A stretch of DNA of 64,000 nucleotides from Paraspadella gotoi (lineage: Eukaryota; Animalia; Chaetognatha). Both the position numbers and the translations under genes were made by a program. The notes below the pieces were generated by a model that saw only the letters and a program-made list of their open reading frames with translations, ran no database searches and had not been told where the DNA came from. Below, one piece after another: positions 13,365 through 25,700 of this stretch. Numbering within the stretch: position 1 is the first letter of the stretch; each line of letters opens with the position of its first letter. The stretch is from assembly GCA_051294375.1 (NCBI GenBank), contig CM119264.1, positions 28,185,225-28,249,224 on the forward strand, in the 5' to 3' direction.

Positions 13365-16300
13365 TTCGGGAATCTGTGAATGGTATGTGAGAATTGAGTG
13401 TCATTATCTGTGAAAGGTGTGTGAGAATTATGGTTTTGCTAAGTTTTTTTCTTACGAAAGGGGCAGAGGCCAAAGTCTGTGGCAAGATAGATCATTTATT
13501 TAAAGAATAGATAATTTATCTTTTTGTTGTATTAATTTGATATATATGTATAGTTAAAATGTAACAATATTCTTTCTCCGACAGTCCTTCAACTTCGCCA
13601 AATACATTTAAGATTTTATTAAGTAATTATAGTTCGCGGTCTCGTTAGCTAATTTTTTTTTTACCTCATTCATTTATACTTTTTCCCTCATTTATTAGTT
13701 GGTTTTTTCCCTCGTTCATTAGCTCATTTTGTCTTTCTTTTTTTTTTTTTTTAATTATTCGGGTTTTTTTCTCTGATTATTTATTTAAATTCTTCTTTCT
13801 CTTATTTAAATTCTTCTTCCTCTTAGGTTTAACGTTGCTGTTGAACTTCTCAGTTTATTCCTCTTTGTTTTTCCTGGTTGTTTCTTTGTTTTCTTCTTCG
13901 ATTCTTCTTTGTTTCTTCCTTATCCCGTTACTTCTGACCTTTTGTCCTCTGGTTTTAAAATCTAAATCCTTTTAACTTTCCTCTGCAAATCTCTTCTTCT
14001 CTCTTTTCACCTTTTATTTTGTTGTTGTTGTTGTTGATCAAAATTCCCCGTCAAGTGAGATGCAGGTGAAGACAAAAGATAAACAAACTTCGAGTCTGAA
14101 AGAAATGATCTCTCTCTCTCTTTATCTCTCTGTCTCTCTCTCTATCTCTCTCTCTCTCTCTTTGTTTCCCAACTTCTTCTCGTTTACCCGATTCTGTCAT
14201 TTCACCTCCTCAACTTTATTGTCAGGCGAAGCTTCTGAATTTGAGAAGTACGACCAGAAATCTACTTTTGGCAACTCTCATTTTTTCAACCCTTACTTAC
14301 CTGTTTGTGGTCTCTCTCTCTCTTTCATCCTCTCCTCCTCTTCCTCTTCTCTTCTCTCTCTCCTTCTCTCTAATCTATCTATCTCCTCTCCCTTCTCTCA
14401 TTGACTTCTTTCATTCTCCTTCATTTTCTCATCTTCTGTCGAGTTTGACATCGACGGTCCACAACACCTCTTGCTGTTTCATTTTCTTCCCTTCCTCGCA
14501 GGGAGCATATTTTNNNNNNNNNNNNNNNNNNNNNNNNNCTCTCTCTCTCTCTCTCTCTCTCTAGTTTTGACTTCTTTCATTTTCCTTTCTCATTTTTCAT
14601 TTGCGAGTTTGAATCGAGGTCACAACACTTTGTGTCATTTTTCCTTCTCGGGGAGCATCAACCTCGGAAGACGAAGCGAAAAATGACATAATAAATAAAA
14701 ACTTATTTAAAAAACAGTATGTGGAAAAAGGTCTTAGTCTGGTATAGATGAAACGGACACTTGTGCCATGGCTTTGGTTAGTTCTTCTGATGGATGATAA
14801 GGTTAATCGNNNNNNNNNNNNNNNNNNNNNNNNNNNNNNNNNNNNNNNNNNNNNNNNNNNNNNNNNNNNNNNNNNNNNNNNNNNNNNNNNNNNNNNNNNN
14901 NNNNNNNNNNNNNNNNNNNNNNNNNNNNNNNNNNNNNNNNNNNNNNNNNNNNNNNNNNNNNNNNNNNNNNGTGAAAAAAAGATTGGGTAATCTTTTAGCC
15001 TAATTTATTTATTTATCAATATCTTCTTATTTTTCCCAACTATTCAAGGATATATATTATATAATCGGGGATTAAGTTGTAATATTTTCGTCTGTTTTTG
15101 ACTTTTTAGTTTCGACGTTGGAAAAAAGAGTTCGTCTTTGAATTCGAGAAGGAATTCACAGANNNNNNNNNNNNNNNNNNNNNNNNNNNNNNNNNNNNNN
15201 NNNNNNNGAGACTAAAAGATTTTTAAAAGGCTAAAACAGAAATTAATTAAAAAAAATAAATTATATATGTGTATATTCTTTAGAATTACATTAGTTTTAT
15301 TTTTTAATTGCAACACTTTTTGTGAAACGGAGTGGCGGGGATTCCCCGCCGTGGATAAGGCAAAAGGCTTCACACAGTAATCCCCGTGAAAAATAGTGGT
15401 AGGGATTCCCCAAAACAGAGGGAAAAAAGTCAGTTTTCGTGAACAGAAAGAGGGCGCAGTTGAAACTGTCCCCTTATAGCCAGTTCAAACAGCGCCTTAT
15501 TGGACGGCGTCATACTTGTTTTTATTTGACAAAATATAAATAACGAGTCAAAAATGAAAAAAAATAAATTTAGGTTTAAGAAAGAATAATAAATTGTCAA
15601 ATAAACTCGTTACAAACTCAAAAATTGTTTTCCTAGATTTAAGAATACATTTTGTTAATTTTTCCGGAAATGACGCAAAATAAAATTTTTTTCGCGTTTC
15701 CATGAAAAAAAAGATGTTATCTTCACCGAAATGTGAAAATGTGAGATCCACTTGGCGTTGTTCCTCTTTATTTTGTTTCGCGTGATTTTTCATTCCTCAA
15801 TTTCGAACCCAACCTTCTTTTGGTTCTACTCTCTCTTTTTTTTTCTTTTTTTCTTTTTTCTTTTTTTCTTTTTTTCTTTTTTTCTTTTTTTCTTTTTTTC
15901 AAAAAAATGAATTGGCATCGGTGGAGAACTTTCGCGTGAACAAAGGAAAAAGTCGGCGATATTGAATCTTTTTATTGGTTTATTCTCTCTCTCTCTCTGT
16001 CTCTCTGTCTCTCTCTCTCTATTTCTCTCTTTTTCTTNNNNNNNNNNNNNNNNNNNNNNNNNNNNNNNNNNNNNNNNNNNNNNNNNNNNNNNNNNNNNNN
16101 NNNNNNNNNNNNNNNNNNNNNNNNNNNNNNNNNNNNNNNNNNNNNNNNNNNNNNNNNNNNNNNNNNNNNNNNNNNNNNNNNNNNNNNNNNNNNNNNNNNN
16201 NNNNNNNNNNNNNNNNNNAACCATAAAATAAGAAAAAACGTGATGAAAATTCTGTCTTCATGAATATTGAGCGTCTGCTCTGGAACAGAAGATATTTTGT

Positions 16301-16438
16301 TCTTAGGATCATCAAAGTTATGAGGAGGAATGTTGTCTCTCTCTCTATCTGTCTCTCTCTCTCTCNNNNNNNNNNNNNNNNNNNNNNNNNNNNNNNNNNN
16401 NNNNNNNNNNNNNNNNNNNNNNNNNNNNNNNNNNNNNN

Positions 16439-16476
<38 letters not shown>

Positions 16477-17724
16477 TTCTCTCAAATCGATATTTTTGCG
16501 ATTAATTTTTGTCTCATTTTACGCAGTTTTGTTAAATCTAGTCTTGAGCCACGTCTTTACATTTCTTGACACGTCTTGACATTTTTCTCCTCGTTTTCNN
16601 NNNNNNNNNNNNNNNNNNNNNNNNNNNNNNNNNNNNNNNNNNNNNNNNNNNNNNNNNNNNNNNNNNNNNNNNNNNNNNNNNNNNNNNNNNNNNNNNNNNN
16701 NNNNNNNNNNNNNNNNNNNNNNNNNNNNNNNNNNNNNNNNNNNNNNNNNNNNNNNNNNNNNNNNNNNNNNNNNNNNNNNNNNNNNNNNNNNNNNNNNNNN
16801 NNNNNNNNNNNNNNNNNNNNNNNNNNNNNNNNNNNNNNNNNNNNNNNNNNNNNNNNNNNNNNNNNNNNNNNNNNNNNNNNNNNNNNNNNNNNNNNNNNNN
16901 NNNNNNNNNNNNNNNNNNNNNNNNNNNNNNNNNNNNNNNNNNNNNNNNNNNNNNNNNNNNNNNNNNNNNNNNNNNNNNNNNNNNNNNNNNNNNNNNNNNN
17001 NNNNNNNNNNNNNNNNNNNNNNNNNNNNNNNNNNNNNNNNNNNNNNNNNNNNNNNNNNNNNNNNNNNNNNNNNNNNNNNNNNNNNNNNNNNNNNNNNNNN
17101 NNNNNNNNNNNNNNNNNNNNNNNNNNNNNNNNNNNNNNNNNNNNNNNNNNNNNNNNNNNNNNNNNNNNNNNNNNNNNNNNNNNNNNNNNNNNNNNNNNNN
17201 NNNNNNNNNNNNNNNNNNNNNNNNNNNNNNNNNNNNNNNNNNNNNNNNNNNNNNNNNNNNNNNNNNNNNNNNNNNNNNNNNNNNNNNNNNNNNNNNNNNN
17301 NNNNNNNNNNNNNNNNNNNNNNNNNNNNNNNNNNNNNNNNNNNNNNNNNNNNNNNNNNNNNNNNNNNNNNNNNNNNNNNNNNNNNNNNNNNNNNNNNNNN
17401 NNNNNNNNNNNNNNNNNNNNNNNNNNNNNNNNNNNNNNNNNNNNNNNNNNNNNNNNNNNNNNNNNNNNNNNNNNNNNNNNNNNNNNNNNNNNNNNNNNNN
17501 NNNNNNNNNNNNNNNNNNNNNNNNNNNNNNNNNNNNNNNNNNNNGCAGAACCACATTTAGAGAAAACACATTTGTCATTCCGAAGGCTTGATAAGTGCGT
17601 GTCGTAGGCGGACTTGTTGGACCATGCTGGACCTTGTCATTTGGCGTTGTTGGGCCTTGACAACTTGTGAGCTTGATATCCTTCAGCGCCGGATTACCCT
17701 TCGGCGAAGTTTCGAGAAAAACCT

Positions 17725-17940
17725 GGCGGTTCTCTTTTCCAAAAACCCACCCATTTCTGTTATTTAATCCCTGAAATTAATTTAAACTAATCTATTACAA
17801 ACCCCTAACCCTGAGCACTAACCAGTAATCATTAATGTAATCCCTGAATCTAATTACCTAGCCTAATTCCCTAACCTTCACCTCTCACTAAATATTTAAT
17901 TTAATATGAAATAGGCCGTTTTGGGAAAATAAGCGGTTAC
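17725..17940 (-). mobile_element. Small non-autonomous element with degenerate (CCCTAA)n/(TTAGGG)n core and imperfect inverted ends
   Basis: The reverse complement of its right end (CTTATTTTCCCAAAACGGCCTATTTCA) resembles ~63272-63303 (CTTATTTCCCAAAAGCGCTCCATTTCA), which also leads into a TTAGGG-like tract. Confidence 0.4.
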
Positions 17941-18978
17941 ATAGAATTTAATTTCTAGATCCTAAAAAAATTGTTTGTTTTGACTTTTCCTCATTTCCTC
18001 TGGTTCCTTAACTTTTTCTCGACCTCAGAAAAAAAAAGAAATTTAAAAAAAAACTAGAGATAAAAAAATCGTTGACTAAAAAAACGAAATAAGTGAAAAT
18101 TCGGTGGCGAAAAATTTCGACAGAGAACAAGCGCCAGTGAATAAACCATAGTNNNNNNNNNNCGTAGTACCATTCATTACTGTTCTTCTCTTTCTTTTTT
18201 TTTCTCTTTTCTTTTTTTAGTCATGCTTATAACTTTGCCAATAACTTTTAATAATAATAAATAATAATAAATAATAATAATAATAATAATAATAAACTCT
18301 ATTATTCCTCGTCCCCCTCATCCTCTTCCTTCTCCTCCTGATTTTGCTGCTGCTTATCCTCTTCTTCCTTTTCTCCTTTCTCATTGGAGCTCCGAAAAAG
18401 CGTGATTTAGACGACGAAACCTTTTTCCGTAACGCTTTTGTCTTTTTAATTTAATATCGTGAGAACAACAAACCGACAGACATATAGACAGACAGAAGGA
18501 CAAGCGTCTTATAGAGTCACGTCTATGACCGGGACAAAAAAAGACAAATCGACACTAAGAAGTTTTGGAGTCGCGAAGAAGAACATAACCCTGCGTCTCG
18601 TCGGGCTTTGTTTACCCCGGCAATTAGAGAGAGAGAGAGAGAGACTCTACATATGGGGATTGATTTACCAAAGTTCTGTTATATTGACTTTTTATCCAGT
18701 TTTTTCTTCTTTTTTTTCTTAATATCCTATTTTTAGTTATTTCTTATGTCTGTCTTTCTTTTTTCTTTCTTTTTTGTTTTTGTATTTTTTCCCCATTGAA
18801 ATCTTTAAGTTTGTCTTCTCTCACTGAATCTGCTGTCGTTTTCACATTTAACTTCACAACTTCGTTTTACTCTTTCCTTAATTCACTCAGAAGTCCAAAC
18901 TATAATTGAATTAAGTTTGAGTCATAATTTCATCTTCGAGTTCGTCCGCCCGTCTGTTCCCTTTCTGTTAACCTCGGA

Positions 18979-19033
<55 letters not shown>

Positions 19034-19039
19034 TCAACT

Positions 19040-19968
19040 ATACAAGCTGCACAAAAAGCGAAAAAAACCGTATTATACGACAATAGATCGAGTAAAAATC
19101 GAATATTTTTATTTTCGTTTGGACCGGAGAAACCCGGGAAATTGACGAGAATGACGACGACGACGACGACGACGAACGCACGTCGAACGACGACGACCAA
19201 CGACGACGACGACGAACCGGAACGACGTCACTGGACACCAAGTCACCCGAAATAAAACTTTTTTTTTGGAAAAGAATTTTTTTTTTTTTGGATCGGGTCT
19301 GCCCAAGCGGTTGACTTAACAGTGGGCTCCGTTGAGCCAGTCTGGGTGGAAGATATTCTTGGGTGAGGCTGAAGGAGCAAAATCGAAAGCGGATTTAGCA
19401 TCAACTGCATTTCGCCAACGTCGCGAAGATTCATTTTGTTTTATTAAATCGTCATGAGAATTTTCAACTCTGCTAACTTAGTCGTGCTTTCTTTCCTATT
19501 TATGTCTTTTTTTACTTATTTCTTCTGTCTTTTCTTCTTGTCTTCTGTCTCGTTTTCTTTTCTTTCTTTCTTTCATTTATTTTTTCCATCTAAATATAAC
19601 AAAGGACTCCCTTTTCAGCTAAAATCAGACAAGCTTCTTCCGTAGAACCAAAATTTATTTGAAAATATTATTTAATAAATAATTGAAACTTTCTCTTAGC
19701 ACCTTTTCGAAATTTTATGCAATTTCTTGTCTCAAGAGAAAGACAACCGCTTATCCTAATCTTTTCGCGAGCAGACGACTTTTTTTTAAGTAAATAAAAG
19801 TTTACTGGAGAATGAGAGATAAGAGAAATATCGTCGAGATTNNNNNNNNNNNNNNNNNNNNNNNNNCACAAGCTGCACAAAAGCGAAACCGTATTTAATA
19901 CGACAATAATCGAGTAAAAATCGAATTATTTTTATTTTCGTTTGTGATCCGAGAAACACCGGGGAAAT

Positions 19969-20004
<36 letters not shown>

Positions 20005-21225
20005 ACCGGAACGACGTCACTGGACACCAAGTCACCCGAAATAAAACTTTTTTTTTGGAAAAGAATTTTTTTTTTTTTGGATCGGGTCTGCCCAAGCGGT
20101 TGACTTAACAGTGGGCTCCGTTGAGCCAGTCTGGGTGGAAGATATTCTTGGGTGAGGCTGAAGGAGCAAAATCGAAAGCGGATTTAGCATCAACTGCATT
20201 TCGCCAACGTCGCGAAGATTCATTTTGTTTTATTAAATCGTCATGAGAATTTTCAACTCTGCTAACTTAGTCGTGCTTTCTTTCCTATTTATGTCTTTTT
20301 TTACTTATTTCTTCTGTCTTTTCTTCTTGTCTTCTGTCTCGTTTTCTTTTCTTTCTTTCTTTCATTTATTTTTTCCATCTAAATATAACAAAGGACTCCC
20401 TTTTCAGCTAAAATCAGACAAGCTTCTTCCGTAGAACCAAAATTTATTTGAAAATATTATTTAATAAATAATTGAAACTTTCTCTTAGCACCTTTTCGAA
20501 ATTTTATGCAATTTCTTGTCTCAAGAGAAAGACAACCGCTTATCCTAATCTTTTCGCGAGCAGACGACTTTTTTTTAAGTAAATAAAAGTTTACTGGAGA
20601 ATGAGAGATAAGAGAAATATCGTCGAGATTNNNNNNNNNNNNNNNNNNNNNNNNNTTTTTTTTTTTTTGGATCGGGTCTCCCAGGGTTGACTTTCACAGT
20701 GGGCTCCGTTGGAGCCAGTCCTGGGTGGAGATATTCTTGGGTGGGGCTGAAGGAGCAAAATGCCGAAGCGGATTTAGCATCAACTGATTCGCCAACGTCG
20801 CGAGATTCATTTTGTTTTATTAAATCGTCATGAGAATTTTCACTCTGCTAACTTAGTCGTGTCTTTCTTTCTATCTTATCGTCTTTTTTACTTATTTCTT
20901 TCTGTCTTTTCTTTCTTTCTTTCTGTCTCGTTTTCTTTTTTCTTTCTTTCTTTCATTTATTTTTTCCATCTAAATATATTAACAAAGGACCCTCCTTTTC
21001 AGCTAAATCAGCAACTTCTTCCGTAGAACCAAATTTATTTTTGAAATATTATTTAATAAATAATTGAAACTTTCTTCTTAGTCACTTTTCGAAATTTTAT
21101 GGCAAATTTCTTTGTCTCAAGAGAAAAGACAACCGCTTATCCTAATCTTCGCGAGCAGACGACTTTTTTTTTAAGAAATAAAAGTTTACTGAGAATGAGA
21201 GATAAGAGAAAATATCGTCGAGATT
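19040..21225. repeat. Three tandem copies of a ~0.6-0.8-kb non-coding segment separated by 25-N gaps
   Basis: 19200-19841 and 19989-20630 are essentially identical; 20656-21225 is a noisy third copy. Confidence 0.9.
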
Positions 21226-22013
21226 AAAATCCCAAATTATCTTTCTTTTTTTTTTCTTTCGTCTTTCCATTTATCTGTTTTATCAGTACTTAAATAAACA
21301 AAGGCGTTTCTTGAAACTTGAGTTGAGAGATTACTGCTTGAAAGTTTTCTCTTATTGGTTCGTTTTAGACCCAAAACGTGGAGAAGAGAAGAGAAGAGAA
21401 GAGAAGAGAAGAGAAGAGATGTAAAGAAAAGAAAAGAGAGAAAAGTGAAGAGAAAAGAAAATATTATTCTTGACACACTGGAGCATCCCAAAAAAAGATT
21501 TAAAAAAAAAAAAATAACAAATTTCTCTTTTTATTATAATCAGGTTAAAAATTACGGGAAATTTTCTCAGTTTCGTTTCGTGTTTTTGGATTTTACTACG
21601 ACTTTTTTTTTCGTCGAAAAGTTCTCACCGAGATTTTTACGTACATCTGGATTTACGAAGAGCGTGTACTCTCTCGTTTCTTAGCAACCGTGAAAACTGA
21701 AATCGTGAAAACTTGATATAGCGACTAGCGACCTGCGCAACATAAGAAAAAATCAGTTTTTTAAGCCAGTTTTTTATCATTATTTTAAACCTTAGAGTAA
21801 AACTTCAAATTGACTTAATAATAAACCAATCGCGACATTTATGTTATTTCAAAAGACCGCACATTATTTTTTTTATTCTCAATCATTTGTCTTTTGTTTT
21901 TTAATTTTTCATTTCATCGTCACTTTCGATTGTCTCTGTGACTGTCTCTGTCTCTGTCTGTCTCCATCTCCCTCGACGCCTCTCACTCTCCCAATCTCTC
22001 TCTTTCTCTCCAG

Positions 22014-22457
22014 GCGGACCATCCCTTCCAACGCGGCCTCGTCCGCTCAGCATGGCCGCCGTCGACGACCTCCTTCAACTCGGCGCGATTCCTCCGGACC
22101 TTCAGCCGCATCAGTCACAGCCGCCGCCGCCGCCGCCGCACCGCCAGTATCCGCCGTCGGAGCGCCACCTGCCCTCTCCCCGTAACGGGACGCCCTATCA
22201 TCGGGCGACGCCTAACGGACACGCTCGCGACATCGGCGGCGGCAACGCGGCGCCGCCGCCGCAGCCAGGAACGCCGGCGCCGCCTCATCGCGGAGCAGCG
22301 GCGTCGTCGGGCGCTAATTCGCCGCGGCGGGTCACGCCCAACGGATTGCAAGCGCAGCAGCAACAGACTCAGCCGCAGCGGGAATACGGATACAACAACA
22401 ACAACAACAACCAAAATCAACGACAGTTTCACCAAAATTATTCTTCGTCGCAATCGC

Positions 22458-22488
<31 letters not shown>

Positions 22489-22517
22489 GAATTGCTACAT
22501 GCAAAACAATTACCAGA
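22014..22517 (+). CDS. ABTB2: Probable first coding exon of the ABTB2-like gene, Pro/Gln/Asn-rich (MAAVDDLLQLG...NNYQ)
   Basis: Polypyrimidine-CAG acceptor ending at 22013, ATG at 22052 in CAGCATGG context, open GC-rich frame, GTAAGT donor at 22518. Family assignment is by position only. Confidence 0.6.
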
Positions 22518-22670
22518 GTAAGTACGGGAAACTTGTAACATAGTTTACGCTTTGTAATCTGTTACTTCTGTCTACGCCTTAATGAGACTAGGATTTTTAG
22601 AGATATATCATTAGGAGGAGAAGAGAGAGAGAGACGGAGAGATGAGAGAGACGGAGAGAGAGAGAGAGAG

Positions 22671-22701
<31 letters not shown>

Positions 22702-22747
22702 TAAGAAAATGAAGACCAGAAACAGAGAAGAGAGAGAGAGAGAGCAA

Positions 22748-22792
<45 letters not shown>

Positions 22793-25700
22793 AGGAGAGA
22801 AGAGATGAGAGAGAGAGGAGGAGATGAGGGAAAAGAGATACAGACACATGAGCAAGAGAAGAGAGGAGAGAGAGAAGGAAAGGAGAGGAGAGAGAGACGA
22901 GAGAGAGAGAAGAGAAGAGAGGAGAGAAAGAGAGAGAGGGAGGAGAGGACGGAGAGAGGGAGTAGACCTCAGAGGACCAGAGACAGGAGAATTTTTTCAA
23001 GTAGAGGAGAGCTAGAGAGGGAGAGGAAGCGTAGACATTGAGATTCTGATAGCATAAAATCGGTCTCAGCACATCCTCGGCGGCCGCTTAATGTCAAAGA
23101 CTCCCCCCCTTCCTCCGCAAAATTACAGCAATCCATCCTTCCACATCTTCTCTCGCCTCATGATTCCTTCGATATTGGTGCGATTCGCTACTCCCGCGCG
23201 CACCTCCCGAAGGCCACCTGCGGCCCGAACCATACGTAACAACCGTGGTCTGTTTTCTTTTCCGCTTGGACCTGGTGCTGTCGGTGTCCCTCACTATGCT
23301 CGGCAATTCGTCCCATATCTCGTGGATTCCTCTTTCGGGCGACGCCCACGTACTCGCTCCGATGTCCATCCATCGCCGACGTGCCAGATCGGCAATGCGC
23401 ATCTGTCCGTACCAGCGCCGGCGCTCGGAGCTCTGGCTCCGCCAGCCGACAGAGATTCCCAAGCATCGTCCGCCCCGAACAGTCGCCGACATCTGGAGAC
23501 CGTGGGCCGGGGTTACGACGCCCCGTCCGCTCGCCGGATGTCAGCTTAGTTTCGATTGTGGGAGGGAGACAGTGGGTTCGTGGGGATTAATATATTCACA
23601 ATCCATTGCAAATCAGAATCAACCAATTGCATTAATTCGAATTCAAAATATAAATCAATTAATTTTATTAGGTTTATAGATTGATTATCGTGTTCAAGTT
23701 TTATTTTAAAATTAATCATCGCAATTTTAAGATATTCAATTTATTTTTTTAAATCAATCAAGTATCTATATCTATTCAGACAAATAAAAGAAAGATAATC
23801 ATATCTCAATCCTAGAACAATCAAACCTTTAAATCAAATCAATCATCTTGACTTGAATTTAATCCATCCCGAGATCATAGTAAATCACTAATAAATTCTG
23901 CCATTTCATTTAATCTATCAAGTTACATTCTTTGAATAAATGTAATATAGTCAAAACCAAATAAATTCGATTCAAAACATTAGCTAAAAAAACAATCAAT
24001 AATACTTTCTTCCTCGACTAACAAAATTAAATCAAATCCAATCAATCAATCAATCATCAATTTAAATTCCCCGTTTAAATCACTCAGGTCCTAGAGGCGA
24101 GAATCAACCGTGGACAGCGTCTCGACTTTTTCCTCGATGAGAAATCTAACGAAACGCGGGAAGCGGACAAGATGGCGCTCCCGGTTGTTCGCATTCGATG
24201 TTACGTGCCGCGGCGCGCGACATCTGACTTCCGGCGCCGGAATGTCGCGATCGGCTGCCGGAATACGAATCGCGCCGCCTTCCGAATCGGGAGGGCTGAA
24301 AAGCGATAGCGTCTATCAACAAGTGAGGCGTCGAGGTGGAATCGAACTCACTGATCGATCTCTTTTTAATTATTTCGAGTAAACTTTGTCTTTATAACTT
24401 AATTAATATAATCTTGTAATATTTTAATCAAATTCTTGTCTTTGTTTTCTCTTTTATTTTCTCTCTCTCTCTGTCTTATCTTTCTTTTTTAATTTGATTA
24501 ATTATTTAATTTGATTTTTTNNNNNNNNNNNNNNNNNNNNNNNNNNNNNNNNNNNNNNNNNNNNNNNNNNNNNNNNNNNNNNNNNNNNNNNNNNNNNNNN
24601 NNNNNNNNNNNNNNNNNNNNNNNNNNNNNNNNNNNNNNNNNNNNNNNNNTGTCTTTGTTTTATAAGTTTTTGGTTTTATTTTTTCTGTTTTCTTTCTTTC
24701 TAATTGGATTAAATAAAACTTTTTTTTTATCTTATAATCATTAAATTGTCTCTATCTCTTCAGTTTTAGGATTTTTACTTCTTCCTCTCATCTCATCCCA
24801 CTCTCTCTCACTCCATCTCTCTCCCATCTCTCACTCCATCTCTCTCCCATCTCTCACCTCAGGAACTCACCTACGCCGACAAATACAACAAACTCCCCGA
24901 ACTTACCTCTGTCCCCTGGAGCGACCGCGACGTCCTTAATGTTCTCTGCGAAGGTCGGGCCAAAGACGTGGCCGCCAACTTACCCATCGACGTCGTGCAC
25001 AGACTTTCTTATTTGCTGCAGGTAAGGGCTGCTTCAGCTGCTGCCGCGGACTGGTTATTCCTTTTCAAAATTTCTCACGACTTACCAAAGACAGTCCAGA
25101 GTTAGATAGCTTATCGATTATATCATTAGATAATTTTCATAATGATTGTACCAATTTCATAATCTCTCTTTTTTCCTCGCAGCGCCCTCTCGTTCGCCTG
25201 GCGCGCGAACTCCAACGTCTTGCGTCCCACTTTCGTCGCTTGACGCGTCACGACGTCACTTCCGGTCTCCGCGTCATTTTGTCGGCGTCTCTTTTCGCTT
25301 CCGCCACACGAGCCTGCGTGAAGGCGTTGACGCTGGCGAAGCTAGAGGGCGCGAGCGTCAAAAAGGCGAAGTCGACGCTTGCTGGGCTGCAGGTGCGTTC
25401 TCTCTAATTGTATTTTGAATTACAGTTTTATCGAGAGGTAAAGTGGCCGAGCGGTCTAAGGCGCTGGTTTAAGGCACCTGTCTCTTCGGGGGCGTGGGTT
25501 CGAATCCCACCGTTGCCATTCCTTTTATGTTGCGTACTCTTTTTATCAGTAGGAGGGAGGGTAATTTTATTCTGAATTCATTTAATATTGAGTGGTACCG
25601 TGGCCGAGTGGTCTAAGACACCAGTCTCTTTGAAGACAATATTCATATTTTNNNNNNNNNNNNNNNNNNNNNNNNNTCCTCTCTTCTCCGTCTTCTCCTC

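Noticed and set aside
15334-15350. GGCGGGG-ATT-CCCCGCC hairpin as terminator or Helitron end
   Set aside because: Isolated short hairpin without supporting element boundaries; intrinsic terminators do not apply to this eukaryotic context.
19040-21225. Triplicated small gene (MNLRDVGEMQ...)
   Set aside because: Identical or noisy copies separated by 25-N gaps indicate assembly overlap; no coding evidence.
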